Source of the DNA: Escherichia coli
Lineage (GTDB): Bacteria > Pseudomonadota > Gammaproteobacteria > Enterobacterales > Enterobacteriaceae
Strand: one strand, 5' to 3'
DNA: 64,000 nt
Assembly: GCF_030013595.1 (NCBI RefSeq)
Contig: NZ_CP122768.1
The position numbers and the translations under genes were made by a program. This document shows, in pieces, positions 28,560-40,123 of the stretch. Under the pieces are notes generated by a model. It did not search any database. It had not been told where the DNA came from and saw only the letters and a list, made by a program, of their open reading frames with translations. Position 1 is the stretch's first letter. Every line of letters starts with the position of its first letter.

Positions 28560-28646
28560 GCGAAGGTGGCGGAATTGGTAGACGCGCTAGCTTCAGGTGT
28601 TAGTGTTCTTACGGACGTGGGGGTTCAAGTCCCCCCCCTCGCACCA
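28560..28646 (+). tRNA. leuP: tRNA-Leu (CAG), single-nucleotide variant copy
   Basis: Identical to flanking copies except GTGTTCTT versus GTGTCCTT in the variable arm (C to T, preserves pairing as G-U). Confidence 0.9.
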
Positions 28647-28680
28647 AACGAGGCGATATCAAAAAAAGTAAGATGACTGT

Positions 28681-28767
28681 GCGAAGGTGGCGGAATTGGT
28701 AGACGCGCTAGCTTCAGGTGTTAGTGTCCTTACGGACGTGGGGGTTCAAGTCCCCCCCCTCGCACCA
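28681..28767 (+). tRNA. leuV: tRNA-Leu (CAG)
   Basis: 87-nt copy identical to the first. Confidence 0.95.
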
Positions 28768-28805
28768 ATTATCTTTACTTCCTTTCTTGTTGCTTCCCTG
28801 TTTTA

Positions 28806-29042
28806 TCATCCCTGTTTCAAATTCATTATCATCAGCATGATGCCAGCAATAAGCGCCAGGCACGATGGCAGCAAAACGTAATGCCGCAACTGTTTGTGAT
28901 ACAGCATCACCGGCGTCAATACTAATCCCATCAGAATGACAATCCGCCACTGATCCGGCGATAAATCCGCATACATCAGCCCTGCAATCAGCAATCCCGG
29001 CAGCAACACTCCCCAGCCACTGCCCAGCATACGTTGCAACAT
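28806..29042 (-). CDS. yjjZ: Small membrane protein YjjZ
   Basis: 78 aa from internal Met MLQRMLGSGWGVLLPGLLIAG...; divergent from fhuF. Confidence 0.6.
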   Translation of the reverse strand: MLQRMLGSGWGVLLPGLLIAGLMYADLSPDQWRIVILMGLVLTPVMLYHKQLRHYVLLPSCLALIAGIMLMIMNLKQG

Positions 29043-29060
29043 GGTTTCATCTCTTTCATT

Positions 29061-29099
29061 GATAATGATAACCAATATCATATGATAATTTTTATCATT
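29061..29099. promoter_or_regulatory. Fur box(es) in the yjjZ/fhuF divergent promoter
   Basis: GATAATGATAACCAATATC (29061-29079) matches the Fur consensus GATAATGATAATCATTATC at 16/19; second TGATAATTTTTATCATT at 29083-29099. Confidence 0.55.
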
Positions 29100-29182
29100 T
29101 GCAAGCCAGAGAAATCCCTTGCTATCGGGTAAACCTATCGCTAGGATTAGCAATCATTATCATTTAGATTACTATCCCGATT

Positions 29183-29971
29183 ATGGCCTATCGTTCCGCA
29201 CCGCTCTATGAAGATGTTATCTGGCGAACGCATCTCCAGCCGCAGGATGCTGGGCTTGCACAAGCCGTACGGGCGACGATCGCCGAACATCGTGAACATT
29301 TGCTCGAGTTTATCCGCCTGGATGAACCCGCTCCGCTTAACGCCATGACGCTGGCGCAATGGTCATCAACGAATGCGCTAAGTTCTCTACTGGCGGTCTA
29401 TTCCGATCATATCTATCGCAACCAACCAACGATGATCCGCGAGAACAAACCGCTGATCTCACTATGGGCGCAATGGTATATCGGCCTGATGGTGCCACCA
29501 TTAATGTTGGCGCTGCTGACGCAGGAAAAAGCATTAGATGTGTCGCCGGAACATTTCCACGTTGAGTTTCACGAAACCGGACGCGCCGCCTGTTTCTGGG
29601 TCGATGTGTGTGAAGATAAAAACGCAACACTACATTCGCCGCAGCAGCGAATGGAAACGTTAATCAGTCAGGCGCTGGTTCCGGTAGTGCAGGCATTAGA
29701 AGCAACGGGAGAGATCAACGGCAAACTTATCTGGAGCAATACCGGTTATTTGATCAACTGGTATCTGACTGAGATGAAACAGCTGCTTGGCGAGGCGACG
29801 GTTGAATCGCTGCGCCATGCCCTCTTTTTTGAGAAAATGCTCACGAACGGTGAAGATAATCCACTCTGGCGTACCGTGGTACTGCGCGACGGCCTGCTGG
29901 TGCGCCGCACTTGCTGCCAGCGTTATCGCTTACCGGATGTGCAGCAATGTGGCGATTGTATGCTGAAATGA
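29183..29971 (+). CDS. fhuF: Ferric-siderophore reductase FhuF (2Fe-2S)
   Basis: 262 aa; C-terminal Cys cluster CCQRYRLPDVQQCGDC. Confidence 0.95.
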   Translation: MAYRSAPLYEDVIWRTHLQPQDAGLAQAVRATIAEHREHLLEFIRLDEPAPLNAMTLAQWSSTNALSSLLAVYSDHIYRNQPTMIRENKPLISLWAQWYIGLMVPPLMLALLTQEKALDVSPEHFHVEFHETGRAACFWVDVCEDKNATLHSPQQRMETLISQALVPVVQALEATGEINGKLIWSNTGYLINWYLTEMKQLLGEATVESLRHALFFEKMLTNGEDNPLWRTVVLRDGLLVRRTCCQRYRLPDVQQCGDCMLK

Positions 29972-30008
29972 AAGCACTGCCGGGGAAGTAAACCCGGCAT
30001 CATGCGGA

Positions 30009-30686
30009 TTAATAGGGATGCAACACATTACTTGCTTCGCAATGCCGCATACATAACAGAATATCTGCGGCCTCCAACAACCCTGCATCAGAACTTACGC
30101 CCAGTTTCGACATCACATTAAATTTATGTGCACGGATCGTTTTGATATTGCGTTTAAGCTGCTCGGCAATTTGTGTCATTGAGTAGCCACGCGACATAAA
30201 GCGCAATATTTCTCTCTCCGTCGGGCTTAGCGTTCGGCTTTGATTAATGTACCACTGATTGTTCAGTCGGTCGGTCGCCTGACGTACACCATTTAATGAC
30301 AAAAAGAGTTCCTGATGAAAAATCTCCAGCGTTGACGCTTTACTTAATACACCGTCCAACGGTGATGGCGACAATGAACCAATCAGCCGAGCTTCAATAT
30401 CATCATCCGCAATAACTAAACGCCGGGTACGCGGAAACTTAATCGCCAGTTCAGTCAGGCAAGATAATCCCTCTCTGCGCTCACTTCTCATGGCAGAAAA
30501 AGAAAAAATGACCGCCGCAAACGAGATCCGCGACATGGCATCCTGAAATGACTCCTGACTGGTATAGGTATGGAGCTTATAAGGGTTACCCGCAAACTTT
30601 CTGAATAAACTCTCAATACCGATACTACTCATGACGCATTTTTCTATGAGTGCGACATTTCTCTTCTTAATTCGGCTGTGTTCCAT
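30009..30686 (-). CDS. bglJ: LuxR-family transcriptional regulator BglJ
   Basis: 225 aa; C-terminal LuxR HTH; K-12 synteny. Confidence 0.9.
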
Positions 30687-31369
30687 TCTGCGGCATCTCC
30701 ATAAACAGAAGGCAAGTTAAGTTCTCTTGCACCCTGCGCGCTATTTATCCATGCATACATTTCAGCGTTGCTGTGAATTGCCAGTCGACGCATCGCACTG
30801 TTTTTTTGGGCGCTGATAGTTTTATTACTTTTCTTAAGCAATGAAGCTATCTGGTTGATGCCCCATCCTTTACCTAATAGCCGCAGTACCTTGCGCTCTG
30901 AAAGAGTGAGAATGACGGAGCGATAGCTAAAATCATGAGTTTCAGTCATTGCCGGAGAGGTCAGCATGGCGCTGATACGCTCTGCGTGCGTATTGCCGGA
31001 ACGTACGGTCTTGACCAGATTCTCAATGGGTTCAACATCAGACAATAACGTTGCCGTAGGGCACATAAGCAGTTCTACTGCCTGGGAATACCAGGAGCGT
31101 GACACCATGAAAACCCAGTGAATTTCCCGATATTGTGAGATTAAAGAATAATAATGTTCACAAACAGAACGTGGATCTTCACTTTCACCGGCTAAATCAG
31201 CAATGACTAATCCGGAACGACGTAATTGTAATAAGGTAAGGTCCTCCGCAGAGGCGCTGGATATTATTTCATATTCAGGGAAGTGAGTCCTCATGACCTC
31301 TTTTAACCCTGCTTGCATAACAGGTATTTTACTGATAACAATTCCATTTTTGCAGCATCCTGGCAACAT
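30644..31369 (-). CDS. yjjQ: LuxR-family transcriptional regulator YjjQ
   Basis: 241 aa; overlaps bglJ as in K-12. Confidence 0.9.
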
Positions 31370-31987
31370 ATTTCCTCCACATCCACTGTCTAAAAATTAT
31401 GATGGTTTATTCAGGATATTCATTCCTTAAATGTTTCCAGCAAATTAATAGATTAAGCGAATAAATTATCCTTAGCATTCACTTTCATATCAGCATACTC
31501 CTGCTGCACAACAACTCCACTGCATGTGTCAGAAGGTTAGCATCAAATGATAACCTGGTGAAATAGCCTGGAGACATTTAAAATATCTACATTAAGTTGT
31601 TAGAAATACTTAATGAAAAACAGAATTCTCATTCATTTAATTTATAATTAACTGATATCCCTTCCAGTAGAATGCAAAATCACACAATCAATATTTACTC
31701 AATAAAATCTGATAGTTTTAACTTGTAAAAAATAAAAAACGCGCCCAGTTATCTTTTATCCTGATTCGTAAAGGCTAAACAATAAATTCATTATAGTGAT
31801 AATATTCATGTGATAATTTGTTTGCGGCGAGAGATAATTCGCTTTTTATCACCGAGCTTCTCCCGATAACCAGGATTAATCAGCGCAATTTTGATCTTAA
31901 CCTACCGCAAAACAACCGTGCTTCATGATACAAATGGATTCTCATTATCTGAACAATACGCAGCACGTCTATGACAAAGGGCGAGTT

Positions 31988-32758
31988 ATGCAAACTGAGC
32001 AACAGCGAGCCGTAACACGGCTTTGTATCCAGTGTGGATTATTTCTTTTGCAACATGGTGCGGAAAGCGCGTTGGTTGATGAGCTTTCCTCACGACTGGG
32101 TCGGGCGCTGGGAATGGACAGCGTCGAAAGTTCTATCTCTTCGAACGCCATAGTGCTGACAACTATTAAAGATGGGCAATGCCTGACATCGACACGAAAA
32201 AATCAAGATCGCGGCATTAATATGCATGTGGTGACTGAAGTCCAGCACATTGTGATTCTGGCGGAGCATCATCTGCTGGATTACAAAGGTGTAGAGAAAC
32301 GATTTAGCCAAATTCAGCCATTACGTTACCCGAGATGGCTGGTAGCCTTAATGGTCGGCCTTTCTTGCGCCTGTTTCTGTAAACTCAATAAAGGTGGCTG
32401 GGATGGTGCCGTCATCACCTTCTTTGCCAGTACGGTCGCGATGTATATCCGCCAGCTACTGGCACAGCGTCATCTTCATCCACAGATCAACTTTTGCCTC
32501 ACCGCTTTCGCCGCCACCACCATTTCCGGATTGCTTTTGCAACTTCCCACTTTCAGCAATACCCCCACCATCGCGATGGCCGCCAGCGTTCTGCTGCTGG
32601 TGCCGGGCTTTCCGTTGATTAATGCCGTCGCCGATATGTTTAAAGGCCACATCAATACCGGACTGGCACGCTGGGCGATCGCCAGTCTGCTGACACTGGC
32701 TACCTGCGTCGGCGTGGTGATGGCACTGACGATTTGGGGGCTACGCGGATGGGTGTGA
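31988..32758 (+). CDS. yjjP: ThrE-family inner membrane protein YjjP
   Basis: 256 aa from [12 protein letters not shown]... Confidence 0.9.
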
Positions 32759-33222
32759 TCGAATTTCTGTTAGCGTTGGCGCAGGATATGATCCTCGCCG
32801 CCATTCCTGCGGTCGGCTTTGCGATGGTGTTCAACGTTCCCGTGCGGGCGTTACGCTGGTGTGCGCTGCTTGGCTCGATAGGTCATGGTTCCCGAATGAT
32901 CTTAATGACCAGCGGGCTGAATATTGAGTGGTCAACTTTTATGGCTTCTATGCTGGTCGGCACCATTGGTATTCAATGGTCGCGCTGGTATCTGGCGCAT
33001 CCGAAAGTGTTTACCGTGGCGGCTGTTATTCCTATGTTCCCTGGCATATCGGCTTATACCGCAATGATTTCGGCGGTAAAAATCAGCCAGCTAGGTTACA
33101 GCGAACCGTTGATGATTACCCTGTTAACCAACTTTCTTACAGCTTCATCAATTGTTGGTGCGTTATCCATCGGTCTTTCCATTCCTGGATTATGGTTGTA
33201 CCGCAAGCGCCCTCGCGTATAA
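32749..33222 (+). CDS. yjjB: Inner membrane protein YjjB
   Basis: 157 aa from [10 protein letters not shown]... Confidence 0.85.
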
Positions 33223-33328
33223 AATTGCCTCGCTTAAGCACACGGATGAGAGACAGCCTCCTCTCCTCCGTGTGTTACTATAAAAGTTATCTCCCTTCTC
33301 GTTCATCGTTCCATATTTGAGAAACAGT

Positions 33329-33868
33329 ATGTCTTCCAGAGTTTTGACCCCGGACGTCGTTGGTATTGACGCCCTGGTACACGATCACCAAACCGTTCTG
33401 GCAAAAGCTGAAGGCGGTGTGGTTGCCGTATTTGCTAACAATGCCCCGGCGTTTTATGCCGTCACGCCTGCACGCCTGGCTGAACTGCTGGCGCTGGAAG
33501 AAAAGCTGGCGCGTCCGGGAAGCGATGTCGCTCTGGACGATCAACTCTATCAGGAACCGCAAGCTGCTCCCGTTGCTGTACCCATGGGGAAATTCGCCAT
33601 GTATCCGGACTGGCAACCCGATGCCGACTTTATCCGCCTGGCGGCGCTATGGGGCGTGGCACTAAGAGAGCCGGTGACCACCGAAGAACTGGCCTCATTC
33701 ATTGCCTACTGGCAGGCGGAAGGTAAAGTCTTTCACCATGTTCAGTGGCAACAAAAACTGGCGCGCAGCCTGCAAATCGGTCGTGCCAGCAACGGCGGAC
33801 TGCCGAAACGAGATGTGAATACGGTCAGTGAACCTGACAGCCAAATTCCACCAGGATTCAGAGGGTAA
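33329..33868 (+). CDS. dnaT: Primosomal protein DnaT
   Basis: 179 aa [17 protein letters not shown]... ending [10 protein letters not shown]. Confidence 0.95.
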
Positions 33869-33870
33869 CG

Positions 33871-34608
33871 ATGAAAAACGTTGGCGACCTGATGCAACGC
33901 CTGCAAAAAATGATGCCTGCCCATATCAAACCTGCTTTCAAAACGGGTGAAGAACTACTGGCCTGGCAGAAAGAACAAGGGGCGATCCGCTCCGCCGCTC
34001 TCGAACGTGAAAATCGGGCGATGAAAATGCAGCGCACCTTTAACCGCTCCGGTATTCGTCCACTGCATCAGAACTGCTCCTTTGAGAACTATCGCGTTGA
34101 GTGTGAAGGGCAAATGAATGCGTTAAGCAAAGCGCGCCAGTATGTCGAAGAGTTTGACGGCAACATCGCCAGCTTCATCTTTTCTGGTAAGCCAGGAACC
34201 GGCAAAAACCATCTGGCGGCGGCAATCTGCAACGAGCTGCTGCTACGCGGTAAATCCGTATTGATCATCACCGTGGCCGATATTATGTCGGCGATGAAAG
34301 ATACCTTCAGGAATAGCGGTACCAGCGAAGAACAACTGCTTAACGATCTGAGCAATGTTGATCTGCTGGTGATCGATGAGATCGGCGTGCAAACCGAATC
34401 GAAATACGAAAAAGTGATCATCAACCAGATCGTCGATCGCCGCTCTTCTTCCAAACGCCCAACCGGGATGCTGACCAACAGTAATATGGAAGAGATGACC
34501 AAGTTGCTGGGCGAACGCGTGATGGACCGTATGCGCCTGGGTAACAGTTTGTGGGTGATCTTCAACTGGGATAGCTACCGTAGCCGGGTAACGGGTAAAG
34601 AGTATTAA
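33871..34608 (+). CDS. dnaC: Helicase loader DnaC
   Basis: 245 aa; Walker A GKPGTGKNHLAAA. Confidence 0.95.
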   Translation: MKNVGDLMQRLQKMMPAHIKPAFKTGEELLAWQKEQGAIRSAALERENRAMKMQRTFNRSGIRPLHQNCSFENYRVECEGQMNALSKARQYVEEFDGNIASFIFSGKPGTGKNHLAAAICNELLLRGKSVLIITVADIMSAMKDTFRNSGTSEEQLLNDLSNVDLLVIDEIGVQTESKYEKVIINQIVDRRSSSKRPTGMLTNSNMEEMTKLLGERVMDRMRLGNSLWVIFNWDSYRSRVTGKEY

Positions 34609-34656
34609 TCCTCGTTTCTGGCGGTATACTGCGACACAATTCCACCTTGAGTAATG

Positions 34657-35151
34657 ATGATGAAAACTGTTAAACATCTTCTGTGCTGTGCCATTGCCGC
34701 CAGCGCATTAATTTCCACCGGGGTGCATGCTGCGTCCTGGAAAGATGCGCTCTCCAGCGCCGCCAGCGAACTTGGCAACCAAAACAGCACGACACAGGAA
34801 GGCGGTTGGTCGCTCGCGTCATTAACTAACTTGCTTAGCAGCGGAAACCAGGCCTTAAGCGCAGATAACATGAACAATGCCGCAGGCATTCTGCAATACT
34901 GCGCGAAGCAAAAGCTGGCTTCGGTAACCGATGCCGAAAACATCAAGAATCAGGTACTGGAAAAACTGGGCCTGAACAGTGAAGAGCAAAAAGAAGACAC
35001 CAATTATCTGGATGGCATTCAGGGTTTGCTGAAAACTAAAGATGGTCAGCAACTCAATCTGGATAATATCGGAACGACTCCGCTGGCAGAAAAGGTGAAA
35101 ACCAAAGCCTGCGATCTGGTGTTAAAGCAGGGGCTGAACTTCATTTCCTGA
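34657..35151 (+). CDS. yjjA: Periplasmic protein YjjA
   Basis: 164 aa with signal peptide. Confidence 0.85.
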   Translation: MMKTVKHLLCCAIAASALISTGVHAASWKDALSSAASELGNQNSTTQEGGWSLASLTNLLSSGNQALSADNMNNAAGILQYCAKQKLASVTDAENIKNQVLEKLGLNSEEQKEDTNYLDGIQGLLKTKDGQQLNLDNIGTTPLAEKVKTKACDLVLKQGLNFIS

Positions 35152-35403
35152 ACCGCGAAACGCCGCGTTTTAGCTGTTACCGGCTGACGCGGCTCTCTCC
35201 TGCCCTTTTCCCTGCTCCTGGACGGTTTTACCCCTGTTACACGGGAAGCGACCGCGATCAAAAAAGTCTGTTTATAAACTAATTCCTAACAACATCGCAT
35301 TTTTTTGACACTAGAATTGCAGCAATATGGCGACGCCATTACATTGTGCTTCTCAAAAAGCTTAAACGTTGGCTAAACGGCCCGGTTTAGTGAGGATCGC
35401 CCG

Positions 35404-37695
35404 TTGTCAGAACTACTCTCTTTCGCCCTTTTTCTCGCCTCTGTGCTGATTTACGCATGGAAAGCGGGACGTAACACCTGGTGGTTTGCAGCCACGTTAA
35501 CGGTGCTGGGGCTATTTGTCGTTTTAAATATCACCCTGTTTGCCAGCGACTATTTTACTGGCGATGGTATTAACGACGCGGTTCTCTATACCTTAACCAA
35601 CAGCCTGACCGGTGCTGGCGTCAGCAAATACATCCTGCCGGGTATCGGCATTGTGCTGGGGCTGACGGCGGTGTTCGGTGCGCTGGGCTGGATCCTGCGC
35701 CGTCGTCGTCATCATCCGCACCATTTTGGTTACAGCCTGCTGGCACTCTTACTGGCGCTGGGTTCAGTGGATGCCAGCCCGGCATTTCGTCAGATAACGG
35801 AACTGGTGAAATCCCAGTCACGCGACGGCGACCCGGACTTTGCGGCTTATTATAAAGAGCCGTCGAAAACTATCCCTGACCCGAAACTCAACCTGGTTTA
35901 TATCTACGGCGAAAGTCTCGAGCGGACCTATTTTGATAACGAAGCTTTCCCGGATCTCACGCCTGAACTGGGCGCGTTGAAAAATGAAGGCCTGGATTTC
36001 AGCCACACGCAGCAGCTGCCGGGAACGGATTACACGATTGCAGGCATGGTGGCTTCTCAGTGTGGCATACCGCTGTTTGCCCCCTTTGAAGGCAACGCCT
36101 CCGCCTCTGTCTCCAGCTTCTTCCCGCAGAACATCTGTCTGGGCGATATCCTGAAAAACTCGGGTTATCAGAACTATTTCGTGCAGGGCGCGAATCTGCG
36201 TTTTGCCGGTAAAGATGTGTTCCTGAAATCGCACGGCTTCGACCACTTATACGGCTCAGAAGAGCTGAAAAGCGTGGTGGCCGACCCGCACTATCGCAAC
36301 GACTGGGGATTCTACGACGATACCGTTCTCGATGAAGCGTGGAAAAAGTTTGAAGAGCTTTCCCGCTCAGGTCAGCGATTCTCACTGTTTACCCTGACAG
36401 TCGATACCCATCACCCGGATGGTTTTATCTCGCGTACCTGTAACCGCAAAAAATATGATTTTGACGGTAAGCCGAATCAGTCATTCAGCGCGGTAAGTTG
36501 CAGCCAGGAGAATATCGCGACGTTTATCAACAAAATCAAAGCGTCACCGTGGTTTAAAGATACCGTCATCGTCGTCTCTTCTGACCATTTAGCGATGAAC
36601 AACACGGCGTGGAAATACCTTAATAAACAGGATCGCAATAACCTGTTTTTTGTCATTCGTGGCGACAAGCCGCAGCAAGAGACGCTGGCAGTGAAGCGTA
36701 ACACGATGGATAACGGCGCGACGGTGCTGGACATTCTCGGTGGCGATAACTATCTCGGACTTGGTCGTAGCAGTTTATCCGGGCAGTCGATGTCGGAAAT
36801 CTTCCTCAATATCAAAGAGAAAACATTGGCGTGGAAGCCGGATATCATCCGCCTGTGGAAATTCCCTAAAGAGATGAAAGAGTTCACCATCGACCAGCAG
36901 AAAAACATGATTGCCTTCTCGGGTAGCCATTTCCGTTTGCCATTGCTGTTGCGGGTTTCAGACAAACGCGTGGAACCGCTGCCGGAAAGTGAATACTCAG
37001 CACCGCTGCGTTTCCAGCTGGCCGATTTCGCTCCACGCGACAATTTCGTCTGGGTTGACCGTTGCTACAAGATGGCACAACTCTGGGCTCCGGAACTGGC
37101 ACTTTCCACCGACTGGTGTGTCTCGCAAGGGCAGCTTGGCGGTCAGCAAATTGTCCAGCATGTTGACAAAACAACATGGAAGGGCAAAACGGTATTTAAA
37201 GATACGGTCATCGACATGGCGCGTTACAAAGGCAATGTCGATACGCTGAAGATTGTTGATAACGATATTCGCTACAAAGCCGACAGTTTCATCTTTAACG
37301 TCGCCGGTGCGCCAGAAGAGGTGAAACAGTTTAGCGGAATTTCCCGTCCGGAGTCGTGGGGCCGCTGGTCCAACGCTCAGCTGGGCGATGAAGTAAAAAT
37401 CGAGTACAAGCATCCGCTGCCGAAGAAATTTGACCTGGTGATTACCGCCAAAGCATACGGCAATAACGCCAGCCGTCCTATTCCGGTACGCGTAGGCAAT
37501 GAAGAACAAACCCTTGTGCTGGGCAATGAAGTGACCACCACCACACTGCATTTCGATAACCCAACCGATGCAGACACACTGGTAATTGTGCCGCCGGAAC
37601 CTGTCTCAACCAACGAAGGGAATATCCTCGGACACTCGCCGCGTAAGCTCGGGATCGGCATGGTGGAAATTAAAGTGGTAGAACGTGAAGGGTAA
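35404..37695 (+). CDS. opgB: Phosphoglycerol transferase I (OPG biosynthesis)
   Basis: 763 aa [19 protein letters not shown]...; TTG start. Confidence 0.95.
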   Translation: MSELLSFALFLASVLIYAWKAGRNTWWFAATLTVLGLFVVLNITLFASDYFTGDGINDAVLYTLTNSLTGAGVSKYILPGIGIVLGLTAVFGALGWILRRRRHHPHHFGYSLLALLLALGSVDASPAFRQITELVKSQSRDGDPDFAAYYKEPSKTIPDPKLNLVYIYGESLERTYFDNEAFPDLTPELGALKNEGLDFSHTQQLPGTDYTIAGMVASQCGIPLFAPFEGNASASVSSFFPQNICLGDILKNSGYQNYFVQGANLRFAGKDVFLKSHGFDHLYGSEELKSVVADPHYRNDWGFYDDTVLDEAWKKFEELSRSGQRFSLFTLTVDTHHPDGFISRTCNRKKYDFDGKPNQSFSAVSCSQENIATFINKIKASPWFKDTVIVVSSDHLAMNNTAWKYLNKQDRNNLFFVIRGDKPQQETLAVKRNTMDNGATVLDILGGDNYLGLGRSSLSGQSMSEIFLNIKEKTLAWKPDIIRLWKFPKEMKEFTIDQQKNMIAFSGSHFRLPLLLRVSDKRVEPLPESEYSAPLRFQLADFAPRDNFVWVDRCYKMAQLWAPELALSTDWCVSQGQLGGQQIVQHVDKTTWKGKTVFKDTVIDMARYKGNVDTLKIVDNDIRYKADSFIFNVAGAPEEVKQFSGISRPESWGRWSNAQLGDEVKIEYKHPLPKKFDLVITAKAYGNNASRPIPVRVGNEEQTLVLGNEVTTTTLHFDNPTDADTLVIVPPEPVSTNEGNILGHSPRKLGIGMVEIKVVEREG

Positions 37696-37706
37696 TTCCT
37701 GACTGA

Positions 37707-37737
37707 TGTGTAGGTCGCATAAGGTGCGACCTACACA
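37707..37737. repeat. Intergenic palindrome (13-bp stem) between convergent opgB and lgoD
   Basis: TGTGTAGGTCGCA-taagg-TGCGACCTACACA. Confidence 0.4.
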
Positions 37738-37833
37738 CCTTCTCCGGCCTACAAAACATCATTGAGAAACAGAAAAAAACAGCGCCCAACACTTCCCCGG
37801 ACGCTGCATGGCAACTTTAATAATCTCGCCTTA

Positions 37834-38856
37834 TCAGAAAGTAATTACACCCTTAATCAACTCACGATTGTTAATCACATCGCGCTCGTAGGTTTCTGCC
37901 AGCGTGGCGAACGGATAGCGATGGGTTAACATCATGTCGGCAGTGATTTTCCCTTCCGCCATCAGTCGACCGACTTTAGCGAAATCTTCCGGCGTGGCGT
38001 TGCGGCTGCCCATCATCGTCGTTTCTTTTTTATGGAATTCCGGATCGGAGAACTGCAACTCACCTTTAAACAGGCCGACAAATACCACCGTGCCGCCGTG
38101 ACGAATCAGATTCACGGTGTTATTCATCGCATGTTGATTACCTGTCGCGTCGATCACTTTCTGCGCCAGAGAACCACCAAACTGCGCCCGCAGCTGCGCG
38201 TCAAAATCTTCGGCTGACGGGTCCAGTACAGGTAATTCCAGACGTGTTGCCACATGTTCACGGCGCGCCGGACTGGTATCCGCCACCACCACCTGTGCGC
38301 CATCGGCTTTAGCGATTGCCGCCGCGCCCAGACCGATTGGCCCCGCCCCGACCACCAGCACCTGCTCGCCGGGAGCAATGGCTGCGCGACGCACCGCATG
38401 AGCGCTAATAGCGAAAGGTTCAATCAATGCTGCCGCCTGCGGGTCAATACCATCTGCGGGCAAAATGTTCGCCACCGGCACGCTCAAATACTCACTAAAA
38501 CCGCCATCCTGATGCACGCCAATGACTGAAATTTTTTCACAGCAATTGGTACGCCCGCTTTTACACGCCGGGCATTGCTGACAGGCAACATAAGGGATCA
38601 CAGCAACTTGCTGACCATTTTTAAGATCAGCAATATTTTTACCCAGCCCAACAATCTCCCCACATATTTCATGGCCTAAAACCCGTGGATAACTAAAAAA
38701 TGGTTGATTTCCACCCCAGGCATGAATATCGGTACCGCAAATCCCGACAGACTTAATTTTTATTAATGCTTCATTGTCACCCGGAATAGGTATCTCGCGT
38801 TGTTTCCAGACTAATTCTTTCGGCTGCTGGCAAATTAAAACATTCATCGTAGACAT
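37834..38856 (-). CDS. lgoD: L-galactonate 5-dehydrogenase (Zn-dependent ADH family)
   Basis: 340 aa from MSTMNVLICQQPKELVW... Confidence 0.9.
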   Translation of the reverse strand: MSTMNVLICQQPKELVWKQREIPIPGDNEALIKIKSVGICGTDIHAWGGNQPFFSYPRVLGHEICGEIVGLGKNIADLKNGQQVAVIPYVACQQCPACKSGRTNCCEKISVIGVHQDGGFSEYLSVPVANILPADGIDPQAAALIEPFAISAHAVRRAAIAPGEQVLVVGAGPIGLGAAAIAKADGAQVVVADTSPARREHVATRLELPVLDPSAEDFDAQLRAQFGGSLAQKVIDATGNQHAMNNTVNLIRHGGTVVFVGLFKGELQFSDPEFHKKETTMMGSRNATPEDFAKVGRLMAEGKITADMMLTHRYPFATLAETYERDVINNRELIKGVITF

Positions 38857-38994
38857 GATTCGGCTCTCCATTTTTTGTTGCCTTAGATATCAATGAAAAT
38901 GAAAAATGGCAGCGGAACGGAAAATCTGTTTTGTGAAAACACACGCATAAAAATGTTTTAAATCGGGTTTTAATGGACTCACAAGGAGGAAAAT

Positions 38995-39909
38995 ATGAGT
39001 CGTTCACAAAATTTACGCCACAATGTGATTAACCAGGTCATTGATGATATGGCGCGGGGTCATATCCCTTCCCCACTTCCATCGCAAAGTGCGCTGGCGG
39101 AAATGTACAACATCAGCCGCACTACAGTGCGTCATATTCTCAGCCACTTACGCGAATGCGGCGTCTTAACGCAGGTTGGAAACGACTATGTTATTGCGCG
39201 TAAACCTGACCATGATGACGGTTTCGCCTGTACTACCGCTTCAATGAGTGAACAAAACAAAGTGTTTGAGCAGGCTTTTTTCACGATGATAAACCAGCGC
39301 CAGTTACGCCCTGGGGAAACTTTTTCTGAACTGCAACTGGCTCGGGCCGCGGGTGTCAGCCCGGTTGTAGTAAGAGAATATCTTTTAAAATTCGGCCGTT
39401 ATAATCTTATTCAAAGCGAAAAGCGCGGCCAGTGGAGCATGAAGCAATTCGATCAATCCTACGCCGAGCAGCTGTTTGAACTACGCGAAATGCTCGAAAC
39501 ACATTCACTTCAGCACTTTCTCAACCTGCCTGATCATGATCCCCGCTGGCTGCAGGCGAAAACCATGCTCGAACGTCATCGGCTACTGCGTGACAACATC
39601 GGCAATAGCTTTCGCATGTTCTCGCAACTTGACAGAGATTTTCACTCCTTACTGCTTTCAGCTGCCGACAATATCTTTTTTGATCAATCTCTTGAGATCA
39701 TCTCAGTCATCTTTCATTTTCACTATCAATGGGACGAAAGCGATCTTAAACAGCGCAATATCATTGCCGTCGATGAGCATATGACCATTCTCAGCGCTCT
39801 GATTTGCCGCAGTGACCTTGATGCCACCCTTGCGCTCCGTAACCATTTGAATTCAGCTAAACAATCAATGATTCGATCCATTAATGAGAACACGCGTTAT
39901 GCTCATTAA
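38995..39909 (+). CDS. lgoR: GntR-family regulator of L-galactonate operon
   Basis: 304 aa; N-terminal GntR HTH. Confidence 0.9.
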   Translation: MSRSQNLRHNVINQVIDDMARGHIPSPLPSQSALAEMYNISRTTVRHILSHLRECGVLTQVGNDYVIARKPDHDDGFACTTASMSEQNKVFEQAFFTMINQRQLRPGETFSELQLARAAGVSPVVVREYLLKFGRYNLIQSEKRGQWSMKQFDQSYAEQLFELREMLETHSLQHFLNLPDHDPRWLQAKTMLERHRLLRDNIGNSFRMFSQLDRDFHSLLLSAADNIFFDQSLEIISVIFHFHYQWDESDLKQRNIIAVDEHMTILSALICRSDLDATLALRNHLNSAKQSMIRSINENTRYAH

Positions 39910-40123
39910 GTACGGATTAAAAACAGCAAACTATTAGCGGGTGCACGGTTTTATCAAAAGATAAATACCGGGAAATTCCCGCTTACCTATGCTCACAATC
40001 AGTCGACTAAAAATGTTTTTGTGAGCGGTAGTAAAGTCCTAAAACTTTAACCTGCCGTTAATGTCAACCTTGCGTAATGCACAATTACGTAAACAATTAA
40101 AATTATAAATACAGGAGTCCGGC

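Noticed and set aside
28445-28767. Three 87-bp direct repeats with ~28-34 bp spacers, superficially CRISPR-like
   Set aside because: Each repeat folds as a canonical tRNA-Leu(CAG) with CCA end; this is the leuQPV tRNA operon, not a CRISPR array.
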